Assembly (NCBI GenBank): GCA_965661285.1
Contig: CBFIDD010000003.1
Location: 121,467 to 185,466 of the forward strand
Origin: Poseidonia sp.
Lineage (GTDB): Archaea; Thermoplasmatota; Poseidoniia; Poseidoniales; Poseidoniaceae
DNA length: 64,000 nucleotides
Direction of reading: 5' to 3'
Shown here: positions 29,479-39,390 of the stretch, piece by piece
Layout of the letters: every line of letters begins with the position of its first letter
Position numbering within the stretch: position 1 is the first letter of the stretch
Program-made: the position numbers and the translations under genes
Notes under the pieces: model-generated
Told to the model about the DNA's origin: nothing
What the model saw: the letters and a program-made list of their open reading frames with translations, nothing else
The model's database searches: none

Positions 29479-30402
29479 TCAGTCGGCTTGTCGCTCTCGG
29501 AAGCGCTGAAGGTGGGTTGGAAGGTTAAGTCCGAACAAGATGCCGACGGTGATGAACACAAACATCGTACCCAGGGCCACACCGTAGACCGATGTCAACT
29601 CAACGGATTCTCGCATCCGGTTGGCGGTATCGCCCGAAAAGATGCCAACAATCCACGGAAGGATGGTGTTGGCCGACAGCACGAACCACGCCAAGAGCGT
29701 GGCGAGAACGGGGTTGATGATCAGTGAGCGATGGTATTTGGAAACGATCTTCTTTGGATTCATGACGTAGACTTCGTTGGTGCGAATGCTTGTGTCAAGC
29801 ATGGAATAGCGAATAACACCGTTGCTCAACTCGAAATACATGATGAGCAGTACGGCGTAAACCACGACGAGGACAGAGAGCATGGTCGGATTGTCCTGAA
29901 GGTTGAACAGGTTGTTGGACAGCGAAGTGGTCGATGAGGCGAATCGCAGGATAGCCAAGATGAACAAGAGATTGCTGCCCAAAGACAAGCGAGCATCACG
30001 CTTGAACGTGCCCATGAAACCGAGGACTGTAGCCGCTGCGATGATGGTTAACTGCATGATGTTCGCCAAACCGAGACTACCGGTGAGGATGTACCAAACA
30101 GTTCCCTGCGGGGGCGAGATGATGTAGGTAAGGAAGGCCAGGGCCACCAAAATTCCATACACGGCATTCTGCAAGTTTTGCACCATCTTGTCAGGTGGCA
30201 AGAACTTCATTTTCGGGACGAGCGGTCCACCCAGCAGGCTTTCGATGAACGTCGGAATCTCCACTGTTGGAATCGCATCCTTGGGGATATCGCTACCCGC
30301 ACCGACTTGACCTGCAGCCTTCTTTCGTGAAGGGGCGGACGAGCGAACGGTCTTCCCGTCGTAGAGGTGGGAGGTATCGGCTGATGGTCGATTGATGGCC
30401 AT
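29479..30402 (-). CDS. Multi-pass membrane protein, last gene of the MoxR operon
   Basis: About 6 hydrophobic segments; SD GAGGTGA; 9 nt from the DUF58 stop. Confidence 0.75.
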   Translation of the reverse strand: MAINRPSADTSHLYDGKTVRSSAPSRKKAAGQVGAGSDIPKDAIPTVEIPTFIESLLGGPLVPKMKFLPPDKMVQNLQNAVYGILVALAFLTYIISPPQGTVWYILTGSLGLANIMQLTIIAAATVLGFMGTFKRDARLSLGSNLLFILAILRFASSTTSLSNNLFNLQDNPTMLSVLVVVYAVLLIMYFELSNGVIRYSMLDTSIRTNEVYVMNPKKIVSKYHRSLIINPVLATLLAWFVLSANTILPWIVGIFSGDTANRMRESVELTSVYGVALGTMFVFITVGILFGLNLPTHLQRFRERQAD

Positions 30403-30411
30403 GACTTCACC

Positions 30412-31725
30412 TCAGAATCCTCGTGCTCCTGCCAGAGCGGTGGAGAGCAGCATATCGGGCTCCCAATCCATGATGTTCACACCGAGTCCACGAAGTTCGC
30501 CGATGAGGACGTCCCGTTCGGTCTTCATCACTTCGTATCCGGTTCGGTCGATGCGCTTGGCATCAAACTCGAATTCGAGCGATGAGGGTGAAAGCACGGT
30601 AACATCGAAATCACGCGCTCGGAAATCCCGAAGCGCATTGACGATGGTTGGGTCGTCTTCCAAGTTCGAGAGGAAGATGATTGGGCTTCCCTTGTTGATG
30701 TGAGGCAGAATGCGATTCACGACCACCTGAAGCGGGATGTTGCCGCGGGCAACTGCCCCGGCCAACTTGGTCAAGATGACGTAGAGTTGCTTCTTTCCTG
30801 TGTCTCGGTCAACGCTGACGACCTCATCACCATAGACGATGACACCCACCGAGTCCCGACGGCCAAGGAAATACTTGGCAAGCGATGCGGCAGCCCGGGT
30901 GGAATACACCAACGCGTTTCGAGAGACGGGGCCGGTTTCAGCGACAGCACGTGAATCAACAATGATGATCACGTCCGACACGGCATCTCGCTCACGCTCG
31001 TTCACCATCAACTTGCCAGAGCGAGCGTACGCCGACCAGTTGATGGCACGGAACGAATCGCCTTCGAAGTACTCACGAAGCGAGTAGAACTCCGAACCAG
31101 GACCTGGCTGGCGAATGTTGACGGCACCTGTGAAGATCTTCGGAACGCGAGATTTCACGAAGGTTTCCTTGAGGTCCTCCATCTTGGGGAACACAAGGAA
31201 GTCGTTGTAAACGTGCAGTTCCTTTTCCTTGTGGAACAAGCCGAACGCGTCTTGAATACGGACGGTGACAGGTCCAAGGCTGTAAAATCCACGCAGCGGA
31301 CACTCAACGGTGTATTCGATGAACGTCTCACGACGTGGACCCAATTCCATGAGGATGTAATTGGCACCTTCTTTGATTCGCATCACTTCCGGAACACGAT
31401 CTCGCACTTCCAGGATCTTGGGAAGTGACGAGGTGTTTTGCATTCGCAATGTCACGTTTAATTCTCCGTCCTCAAACATGCGAGCACTGGACAGCTTTCG
31501 CATAGCGACGACATTGCCCAAGGCAACGCCTTCCTCACCACTCCATTCTTCTGCACGACGACCGCTCGATGCAACATCCGCATGGTTCCCAATGAGTGCA
31601 GCCCATGTTAGGAACACGAAGATAACCACGGCAATCGTGACGAGTTGGGTGTTTCGGAGCGTCAAGCCAAGCAAGTACATGGCAACAGCTAGGCTGCCAA
31701 GCATGGCTGACTTGCGACTCCACAT
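30412..31725 (-). CDS. DUF58 domain protein
   Basis: RGFYSLGP...DAFGL, GSEFYSLREY..GD..RAINWSAYAR and RDSVG motifs; N-terminal TMs. Confidence 0.92.
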   Translation of the reverse strand: MWSRKSAMLGSLAVAMYLLGLTLRNTQLVTIAVVIFVFLTWAALIGNHADVASSGRRAEEWSGEEGVALGNVVAMRKLSSARMFEDGELNVTLRMQNTSSLPKILEVRDRVPEVMRIKEGANYILMELGPRRETFIEYTVECPLRGFYSLGPVTVRIQDAFGLFHKEKELHVYNDFLVFPKMEDLKETFVKSRVPKIFTGAVNIRQPGPGSEFYSLREYFEGDSFRAINWSAYARSGKLMVNERERDAVSDVIIIVDSRAVAETGPVSRNALVYSTRAAASLAKYFLGRRDSVGVIVYGDEVVSVDRDTGKKQLYVILTKLAGAVARGNIPLQVVVNRILPHINKGSPIIFLSNLEDDPTIVNALRDFRARDFDVTVLSPSSLEFEFDAKRIDRTGYEVMKTERDVLIGELRGLGVNIMDWEPDMLLSTALAGARGF

Positions 31726-31759
31726 GTTTGATTCACCTCAGAGTGTTTCGCTACCGGTT

Positions 31760-32887
31760 TCAAACCGTTGGCACAGGGACTTCGCGGAGAATGGACTGAA
31801 TGACCTCTCCGGCTTCGAGACCCTTGATTTGGTGCTCTGGTTTCAAAATGATACGGTGGGCGATGGCGAGTTCTGCGATGGCCTTGACGTCGTCTGGAGT
31901 GACGAAGTCGCGACCTCGCAAAGCAGCGGCGGCTCGGGAGGTCTTCAACAAAGCCTGGGAACCACGAGGCGAAGCGCCGACGAGAACACGTGGGTCCTCA
32001 CGGGTGCGGGAAACGACTTCGACCATGTACATGCGCAGGGCTGGGTCGACGTAGACGTCTTCACAGGCTTGTTGCATGGCGATCACACGAGCGGGGTCGG
32101 TGATGACATCGACATCGACGGCGTCCTTTCCGCGGCTGATACGGCGGGCGAGGATTTCGTCTTCGTCTGCACGGTCGGGGTAGCCGACGGACATCTTGAA
32201 CATGAAACGGTCAAGTTGTGCTTCGGGCAGTGGGTAGGTGCCTTCCTGCTCGACCGGGTTTTGGGTGGCCATAACAATGAACGGTGCTGGCAACTTGTGG
32301 GTCACCGTACCGATGGTCACCTGCTTCTCCTGCATAGCCTCAAGCAGTGCAGCTTGGGTCTTGGGAGGTGCACGGTTGATCTCGTCAGCGAGGAGGAGAT
32401 TGCAGAACAACGGACCGGGCTTGAACGTAAATTCGCCCTTCTTGGCGTCGTAAATGTTGGTACCGGTGATATCAGCAGGGAGCAAGTCAGGCGTGAACTG
32501 AACACGCTTGAAATCACAACCCAGGGCGTCAGCGAAGGTGTTGGTCATCAACGTCTTGGCCAGACCGGGGTAATCTTCGAAGAGAAGGTTCCCGTTGGAC
32601 AGGATGTTGATCAGCACGTTGTCGATGACGTGTGACTTACCGATAATGACCTTCTGGACTTCGGCTGAAATCGCTTGAGCGATTGCACCGACGGCCTTGA
32701 GGCGCTCTCGGACTTCTGGGGTACTCTGGTGCTTCGGCTGGGCCGGAGCGGCCGGTGCTGCAGGTGCAACAGGTGCGGCGGGTGCGGCAGGTGCCGCTGG
32801 TGCGGCAGGTGCTGCAGGGGCCACTGGTGCTGCTGGCGCTGCAGGTACAGGCGCGGGCGGGGCTGCTGGGGGGGTTGGGGGTTGCAT
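31760..32887 (-). CDS. moxR: MoxR family AAA+ ATPase
   Basis: EDYPGLAKT, RVQFTPDLLPADITG, DEINRAPPKTQAALLEAMQE, TQNPVEQEGTYPLPEAQLDRF and GASPR motifs. Confidence 0.96.
   Translation of the reverse strand: MQPPTPPAAPPAPVPAAPAAPVAPAAPAAPAAPAAPAAPVAPAAPAAPAQPKHQSTPEVRERLKAVGAIAQAISAEVQKVIIGKSHVIDNVLINILSNGNLLFEDYPGLAKTLMTNTFADALGCDFKRVQFTPDLLPADITGTNIYDAKKGEFTFKPGPLFCNLLLADEINRAPPKTQAALLEAMQEKQVTIGTVTHKLPAPFIVMATQNPVEQEGTYPLPEAQLDRFMFKMSVGYPDRADEDEILARRISRGKDAVDVDVITDPARVIAMQQACEDVYVDPALRMYMVEVVSRTREDPRVLVGASPRGSQALLKTSRAAAALRGRDFVTPDDVKAIAELAIAHRIILKPEHQIKGLEAGEVIQSILREVPVPTV
32742..32880 (-). repeat. Pro-Ala low-complexity tandem repeat (PAA)n at the MoxR N-terminus
   Basis: Encodes PPTPPAAPPAPVPAAPAAPVAPAAPAAPAAPAAPAAPVAPAAPAAPA; imperfect 9-nt period. 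Confidence 0.85.
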
Positions 32888-32904
32888 TTTTTATCCTCCT
32901 TGTT

Positions 32905-34482
32905 TCAATTTCCCCAACGACGTATCTGAGGAATCAACTCCCTCAGTTCTTCGTTGGAGTAGACACGGTTCGAACTCACCAGTTCGACCAATCGGGGTTC
33001 GCGGACCATTTGCATGACCTCGGCGGGGGACTTGCGCGCAAATTCATCACGCGTCAGGTCGTTGAAGTTGCGAACCTTGGCCAAAAAGGCCTCTCGGGTT
33101 CGCCGCTGGTATTGAGAGGGGTCCAACTTTGTGGGACGCTCTCTGAAACGAGTAAGGTCAAAGACGTGCCGCCAGTTCTCTTTCTCTGGGACCACCATGA
33201 TGGCGATGGCCAGTAGCGCAAAGAGGTTGAGGATAATGAGCCACTTGAGCACACCATCGCTGGTCAACAGAACGATGGCGCCCATGGCTTCGGTAAACGG
33301 CATGGAAAGGCTGCCCGAGACGTGTCGGCTCTCGTCAAAGACGATGTTGAACGAGCCGGTGTTTCGTGCGATGGTTGCCGAGAGTTCGGTGTTGTCAAAC
33401 TCCATCATGTCGTTGATGAGGGCGGTGAAGAATGCCTCGTTGCCCCGCCAGGTCGTGTCGCCAAGTCCTGCGTTGAGTCCCTCGGAGTCGGTGTCCCAGC
33501 ACATATGGCCAAACTGAATGTACAACTCGGATTCGCATTGCTGCTTTCCGGTTTCCTCGGCGAAGTCTTGGTCCCAAAGGTGGTTGGCCAACACCGAGTG
33601 GTCGGAAACAAACACGATGCTTCCCGTGGCGCTGATTTCACCCATGTCGCCGCCTAGATCGAGCGAACGCTGGTCGAGAACGGTTTGATCGGGGTAGTCA
33701 ATTCGAATGATCAAACCGGTTTCTCCCTCACCCAGTGTGGGGTTGGATTCGCCCTTCCCTGCATCGATTTCAGCAGAGGTTGAAGCTGCAGCGAGAACAT
33801 GGATGGCTCGGCCTTCATCGGCTTGCTCATCGAGCACCTGAATAGCCGTGGGACGGTGAAAGAGCACCGGAATTCTGCAATTCTCAACGTTTTCTTGGTT
33901 CACGTCGTCTTCGCTGCAGGGTACCGATTTCTCATCACCCATGGTGCTGATATCACGGGTGACGCTGGCCACCGACCAGAGTTTCTTGGTATCGGGGCTA
34001 ATACGCTCTCCGTTGTCGTTGGTGACCTCGTAGTAGCGGCCTGTGCTGATGTCGTCTCGGACCGGGGCGTCAAAGTACTTCACACCAAATTCTTCGGCCA
34101 CCAGTTGGGCATTGGTTGAGTTTGATGCGAGGATGACCTTGCCGGCTCGCTCGGTCACAAAGTCGTGGATGGCAGCTGCTTCTGCGGCATCAAAGGGCTT
34201 CTCAGGTGCGGCGATAACGAGCATGGTGCGGTGTGGGTTCTGCCAGTCGTTGACCAACATGGGCGTGGACATGGTGTTGGCCACAGTGAAATCTTCGAGA
34301 CTGTCTCGCATCAACGTCAACTGCTGCTCGTCGTATTCAGAGCCGTTTTCATAGGGGGAAAAGACCGTCGTTTTCCCGGCAGAGACGATGGCGATGACAG
34401 CTGTGGAAAGGACAACGGAAACCAGCAGACCAATCATGAGCCATGCTTCAAGGCTCAGATTGCTTTTTTCGGCTTCTGCCAT
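32905..34482 (-). CDS. DUF4350-like membrane-anchored extracellular protein
   Basis: N-terminal TM; FSPYE, AIHDFV..AGKVIL, GSIVFVSDHSVLAN and IVFDESRH motifs; late TM; first gene of the MoxR/DUF58 operon. Confidence 0.75.
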   Translation of the reverse strand: MAEAEKSNLSLEAWLMIGLLVSVVLSTAVIAIVSAGKTTVFSPYENGSEYDEQQLTLMRDSLEDFTVANTMSTPMLVNDWQNPHRTMLVIAAPEKPFDAAEAAAIHDFVTERAGKVILASNSTNAQLVAEEFGVKYFDAPVRDDISTGRYYEVTNDNGERISPDTKKLWSVASVTRDISTMGDEKSVPCSEDDVNQENVENCRIPVLFHRPTAIQVLDEQADEGRAIHVLAAASTSAEIDAGKGESNPTLGEGETGLIIRIDYPDQTVLDQRSLDLGGDMGEISATGSIVFVSDHSVLANHLWDQDFAEETGKQQCESELYIQFGHMCWDTDSEGLNAGLGDTTWRGNEAFFTALINDMMEFDNTELSATIARNTGSFNIVFDESRHVSGSLSMPFTEAMGAIVLLTSDGVLKWLIILNLFALLAIAIMVVPEKENWRHVFDLTRFRERPTKLDPSQYQRRTREAFLAKVRNFNDLTRDEFARKSPAEVMQMVREPRLVELVSSNRVYSNEELRELIPQIRRWGN

Positions 34483-34664
34483 ACTACTTCCCCGATTCCT
34501 GTGACAAAATGCACAGATTTACATCCTTCGGAGACACATTCCACACATAATAGTTGCTCAACGATGGGCATGACTATCGGTTGAATGTTGAGATTCAGTC
34601 AAACAAAACCAACGCTCAAAAATGCCGCCAAAAACCGAAAAATTACACTTTTCCCAACCGGGCT

Positions 34665-35609
34665 TCAAACACGTCGCCAGCGGGCGACAAGAAGAGCAAG
34701 CAGCACGACCATCACAACATCGTAGAGCGAAACCCAAGGCAGCGAGGAGGCATCTGGACGTGCGGGTTCATCCTCGTCATCCTCAACCTCGCTGGTCGTT
34801 TCTTCGACCGAAGGAGCGACGACGTTCACATCGATGGTGCTTGAGCGCTGAGATTTATCCCCTTCGGATTCGATGGCGATGGACACCTCACAGGTGCGTT
34901 CTTGATGGCTCGTACTCGCCTCCAATCGAAGCGTGAACTGCACGGCATTCTCGCCGTTGGCGTTGGTCACCTGAACCACCGTGTTCTCGAGTTGGTCAAG
35001 GCCCGCCACGGAGAGGTGGGGGCAACTGCGAATGCTTGCTTCGCCCATCGTGATGGCGTCTTGGGTGTTGCCGAGATTGCTGACCTCGAGCGTGAAATCA
35101 ACCCAAGAACCCGAGAACAAGGTATCGGAGGGCTCGATGAGGTTTGGAATCAAGCGGTACATCCGGGGCACCGTCACATCGGCCGCAACTTCCTGAGAAC
35201 GAAGCGTTGAATCGCCCACCTTTTCTTCGCCAAGAACGGTGAACTCAATGCTTGAAGATGGGGAAAACGAACGAACGGTTTGAGCGTCTTCTCCGCTGAT
35301 GCTGATGGTGAACGTGTCGTTTGTGTTTCCTGCGACCTCGATGTCTTCGGGGCCGTCAAAGGAAAACGGACTGTCCTCATCATAATCGTAAGAGAGCGCC
35401 AAATTGAGGGCAGCAGGGCCTTCGTTGGATACATAGACGACCAACTCACCCGTCAAATCCCAATCCTCTTCCAAATCGACGAGGTATTTCGGGTCAACAT
35501 CGGTCACCCAACCCATCTCCCATGACGGGCCTTGCATGTCCTGCGCATGTGTTGTGGGAAAGCCCATGAAGAACAAGAGGGCTACAAGAAGCGTGACTTT
35601 TGCCTTCAA
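34665..35609 (-). CDS. Secreted acidic Ig-like protein with C-terminal anchor
   Basis: TTG start after GAGGTGA; signal peptide; VSNLGNTQD motif; C-terminal SSLPW-hydrophobic-RWRR anchor resembling archaeal sorting signals. Confidence 0.75.
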   Translation of the reverse strand: MKAKVTLLVALLFFMGFPTTHAQDMQGPSWEMGWVTDVDPKYLVDLEEDWDLTGELVVYVSNEGPAALNLALSYDYDEDSPFSFDGPEDIEVAGNTNDTFTISISGEDAQTVRSFSPSSSIEFTVLGEEKVGDSTLRSQEVAADVTVPRMYRLIPNLIEPSDTLFSGSWVDFTLEVSNLGNTQDAITMGEASIRSCPHLSVAGLDQLENTVVQVTNANGENAVQFTLRLEASTSHQERTCEVSIAIESEGDKSQRSSTIDVNVVAPSVEETTSEVEDDEDEPARPDASSLPWVSLYDVVMVVLLALLVARWRRV

Positions 35610-35618
35610 CTCATCACC

Positions 35619-36584
35619 TCAATTAAGTATGCCGCGAAGGGCGCGCTTGGTCAGTGTCTTCACCATCGCTCGACGGTATCGAGGAGGGAGCGCAGTATTG
35701 TTGACCGGTTTGACCGATTTTTGTACGATTTTGGCCAGCGTAAGCGGTTCAAGCTCTCCCGATGCGAGGTGTTCCTCAACCTGTTCGTTGTGCAGACGAG
35801 GAATGGATTCAAGCGCCGTGCTGGCAACCAGCAATGTCGAAGCATCTCCAGGAACCCATGAGGCAGCAACACCCGCCTCCGGGAAATCCCATGAGTCGCG
35901 AACGCGGAGTTTCTGGTAGCACCCTTTGCGTTGGGCCGCTTGGTCAGGAAGCACCACCTTCAGAAGGAATTCGCCGGTTTTGAGAACGTTTTTCTTCATG
36001 CCATCCAACTCGTAAAACTCTGAGAGCGGCATCGTCCGCTCGCCTTCGGGTCCAATGAGCACAACGGAGGCCCCAAGGACCATGAAATTGGGCGCCATAT
36101 CGCCTTGGTAGGTGGCCACACAAAGCGTGTTCTGGTTGGGAATGACACGGCAATCCGCACCCGTTCCGCAGTCTGCTTTGTGACACCAATCAATGGATCT
36201 GCGCCAGTCCTCGCTCTGGTTGTACCAGAAGCATCGCGTATCAAGGCAGAGGTTGCCCCCTACGGTTGCGCTCTTACGAATCAAAGAAGAAGCCACTTTG
36301 GAGGCGGCTTGAACCAGCAACGGGTGGACATCGTTCTCCGATGTGAGGGATGAAAGGGGGACCATGCAGCCCAACTCGTGAGGCGTCAGAACATGGGCCT
36401 CCTCGATGCCCGCCAATGAGATGACGTGGGGTTTTGGATTGATGCGCCACTTGTAGTTGGGCAGCACATCCGTACCTCCAGCAACCCAGTCAAACGATTC
36501 CCCGTTGGCCATGATGGAGGCAGCGAGGTCAACGGCTTGTTCAACCGATGTTGGATGATGAAGTTCGAACGGAGGCATCAGCAT
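35619..36584 (-). CDS. Xanthine dehydrogenase family FAD subunit with [4Fe-4S] insertion (HcrB-like)
   Basis: AGGTD; ATVGGNLCLDTRCFWYNQSEDWR...C...C...CVATYQGD; KLRVRDSWDFP. Confidence 0.9.
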   Translation of the reverse strand: MLMPPFELHHPTSVEQAVDLAASIMANGESFDWVAGGTDVLPNYKWRINPKPHVISLAGIEEAHVLTPHELGCMVPLSSLTSENDVHPLLVQAASKVASSLIRKSATVGGNLCLDTRCFWYNQSEDWRRSIDWCHKADCGTGADCRVIPNQNTLCVATYQGDMAPNFMVLGASVVLIGPEGERTMPLSEFYELDGMKKNVLKTGEFLLKVVLPDQAAQRKGCYQKLRVRDSWDFPEAGVAASWVPGDASTLLVASTALESIPRLHNEQVEEHLASGELEPLTLAKIVQKSVKPVNNTALPPRYRRAMVKTLTKRALRGILN

Positions 36585-39385
36585 CAATCATCACCTCCCA
36601 TATGTCGCTGTTCTTTTTTCAGCCAGGCTCGCCCTGCAAACCCGAGTTCGGCCAACTGTTCCGGCAAGGGCTCATCGGCTTCTCGCCATCCATCCACCTG
36701 TTCGGCCAGAGGGCGGTCGGGGTCAAAACCAAACAAAACGCCGTTGACATACGCCGAGGTGTCTTCGCTTCGCTGGCGCAAGCGGTCCCGCTCCCGGTGT
36801 TCATCGCTGCGCGAGACGAGGACCTTTTGCAGTGGACCGTGCTTGAGGCGAGGAGGCGCAATCGCCTCTTCATCTTCCAAACCGTGCTGTTTGAGGTGCT
36901 TCTGAATGCCCGCATAGACCACATCGGGGGTGAGCGGCAGGTCTCGCAATCGGATACCGATAGCGTCGTAGACGGCGTTCACCACAGCAGGCAAAATGGG
37001 CAGGAGTGGACCTTCACCCGCTTCTTTCGCACCAAACGGCCCTTCTGGGTCGCTTGATTCCACGATGATGGCCTCAACATTCGGCATTTCGTGAACGCTT
37101 GGGATCTTGTATTCGAGGAGGTTGGCGTTTTGGAGATGACCGGTGCGACCGTAGACCATCTTCTCGGTCAAGACTTGACCCAGGCCCATGTGGCACGACC
37201 CGATGATTTGCCCCTTCACCGCAAGCGGATTGAGCGCCTTACCACAATCGTGGGCCGCCCAAACATTGGTGCAGGAGACCAAACCGGTTTCCACATCGAC
37301 ATCCACCTCAGCGACATAAGCCGAAAAGGAATAGGCGGGAGCAAGACCTGCGGCTGCACCTTTGTGAACGCCACCCATGGGCGGGGAGCGGTACGCCCCC
37401 CGGGCGATGAGCGCACCGGTATCGGCTTGCGCTTTGTGAAGAGCCTCAAGGTACGACACACCGATGGCAGGGTCGTGCTTGTAGTAGATACGACGGTCGT
37501 TGAGGACCAGAACGTTTGGATGGTAGCCCAGAATTTCCCATGCAGCCTTGAGCAGCTGGTCTCGAATGCCAATGGCAGCACGGATGGCAGCGTTGGCATT
37601 CATGAAGGTGACGCGACTGGAATAGGAACCGAGGTCAACGGGACTCGTGTCGCTTTCGTGGCTGCGAACATGAATCAGTTCAATGGGGAGAGCGAGTACC
37701 TCTGCGACCACCTGAGCCACGGCCGTGGTGGAGCCTTGACCAATATCGGCAGCGCCGGTGTGGACCGTCACACCGCCGTCCATGTCAACTTGAATGTGAA
37801 CCGTGGCGTGTGGGAAGTTCTTGGGGTCCCAGTGGATTGGGAGCCCGGAACCGGAGATGAAGAAACCACAGCCGATACCGATGCCCTTTCCGAGCGGGAG
37901 TTGGCGGAATTTGCTGTCCCACTGTGAACCCTCTCGAACCCGTTCAAGCGCCTCACGCATGCCGTTTGAGGTGATACGGAAGCCGCTGATGGTCCGGCTG
38001 TGAGGGGGCAGCAGATTGGCAAGGCGAAGGTCGATGGGGTCGACGTTCATGGATTCGGCCATCTCGTCAAGGCCCACTTCAACAGCGCATCGCGTGTTGA
38101 CGGCCCCGTGGCCTCGCATGGCACCGGAGGCTGGTTTGTTGGTCCAAACCCTTGCACCCGTGTAGTGGAAGGAGCCCAACTCGTACGGTGCTGTTGCGAG
38201 AACGCCGTTGTAGTACGAAGTGACGTGTCCAAAGGAGGCGAATCCGCCGCCGTCGATCAGCGCATCGATGTCAAATCCAGAGATGCGGCCCTCGTCATCG
38301 GCGGTCATCTTCACGTCGATATGACTGGGGTGGCGGCCACGGTTGATCCAATAGACTTCCTCGCGGTCAAACGTGATGCGAACTGGACGCCCTGCTTTTC
38401 GCGCCAACAGGGCAGCACACATTTCGTGTGGGAACGGGTCCGATTTACCACCAAATCCACCGCCGACAAAGGTTCGCACGACGTTGATTTGATGCATCGG
38501 GACATCCAAGACCGTTGAAAGCGCCCGGTGCGTGTAGTGGGGCACTTGTTGTGGCGTGTAGAGTTGGAGACGCCCGTTCGGGTCCCAATGGGCCACCACC
38601 GCATGGGGTTCTGTGAAACCGTGATGAACTCCCATCATGGTCCACGAGCCGTGGGACGAGGCGTGGGGCGTCTTGACCAGCGAGCGGTCGCCAAATTCCT
38701 GGAACACGCGCTTTTGCACGTTGGTGCGAGCGAGGTGGTACTTTCCGCGCCAATGAATGGGCTCGTCGTGGTCCTCAAGGCCCTTTTTCGGGTCGAAGAC
38801 CGGTTCCAACTCTTCCCATTCGATGTCGAACAACGAGAGGGCTTCGATGGCGGTGGCTTCGTCCACAGCAGCCACGCAAGCGACCAAATCTCCGACGTGG
38901 CGGACTTTCTCAACCGCCATGGCATGCTCGTCCTTGGTCACGGGAAGCACACCGAATCGGTTGGGTGCGTCCTCACCGGTCGAGACGGCAATGACGCCAG
39001 GCAGGGCTTCCACCCGGCTGGTGTCGATGGATTTGATGCGAGCATAGTGGTGCGGTGAACGGAGGATTTTACCAATCAGTTCACCGGGGAGACGAACATC
39101 ATCGCCATACCACGCCTGTCCGGTGACTTTGGCGTTGGAATCAACCAGCGGTATCGATTTCCCAACCACCGTGCCGGTTCGGTCACGGTCGTGGATGTGG
39201 TCGCCAGCAGGTTTGGCCTCTTTTCCACCCACGGTTTCGGGAATGAAGTCCAAATCCCTCGGGCGCATGACGGGTTCGCTCCCGCCGGAACCTGGAGGCG
39301 GGAAGACCTGTTTTCCTGCCACCCGCTTCCCGTCCTTGCGCACCTCTGAGGAGGAGGCCCCTGGTTGTTGACGATAGCTTCCCAT
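36584..39385 (-). CDS. Xanthine dehydrogenase family molybdopterin subunit (HcrA-like)
   Basis: KVTGQAWY, QQVPH, GGGFGGK, AMRGHG, DIGQGS, GSYSSR and GPFGAKEAGEG motifs. Confidence 0.93.
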   Translation of the reverse strand: MGSYRQQPGASSSEVRKDGKRVAGKQVFPPPGSGGSEPVMRPRDLDFIPETVGGKEAKPAGDHIHDRDRTGTVVGKSIPLVDSNAKVTGQAWYGDDVRLPGELIGKILRSPHHYARIKSIDTSRVEALPGVIAVSTGEDAPNRFGVLPVTKDEHAMAVEKVRHVGDLVACVAAVDEATAIEALSLFDIEWEELEPVFDPKKGLEDHDEPIHWRGKYHLARTNVQKRVFQEFGDRSLVKTPHASSHGSWTMMGVHHGFTEPHAVVAHWDPNGRLQLYTPQQVPHYTHRALSTVLDVPMHQINVVRTFVGGGFGGKSDPFPHEMCAALLARKAGRPVRITFDREEVYWINRGRHPSHIDVKMTADDEGRISGFDIDALIDGGGFASFGHVTSYYNGVLATAPYELGSFHYTGARVWTNKPASGAMRGHGAVNTRCAVEVGLDEMAESMNVDPIDLRLANLLPPHSRTISGFRITSNGMREALERVREGSQWDSKFRQLPLGKGIGIGCGFFISGSGLPIHWDPKNFPHATVHIQVDMDGGVTVHTGAADIGQGSTTAVAQVVAEVLALPIELIHVRSHESDTSPVDLGSYSSRVTFMNANAAIRAAIGIRDQLLKAAWEILGYHPNVLVLNDRRIYYKHDPAIGVSYLEALHKAQADTGALIARGAYRSPPMGGVHKGAAAGLAPAYSFSAYVAEVDVDVETGLVSCTNVWAAHDCGKALNPLAVKGQIIGSCHMGLGQVLTEKMVYGRTGHLQNANLLEYKIPSVHEMPNVEAIIVESSDPEGPFGAKEAGEGPLLPILPAVVNAVYDAIGIRLRDLPLTPDVVYAGIQKHLKQHGLEDEEAIAPPRLKHGPLQKVLVSRSDEHRERDRLRQRSEDTSAYVNGVLFGFDPDRPLAEQVDGWREADEPLPEQLAELGFAGRAWLKKEQRHMGGDD

Positions 39386-39390
39386 GGTGA

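Noticed and set aside
32742-32880. GC-rich short repeats as a CRISPR array or non-coding VNTR
   Set aside because: In-frame Pro-Ala codons of MoxR; no spacers and no cas genes.
34483-34664. AT-rich 180-nt intergenic region as an ncRNA or origin
   Set aside because: No convincing stem-loops or ORB-like repeats; consistent with a T-rich terminator (minus strand) plus the promoter of the MoxR operon.
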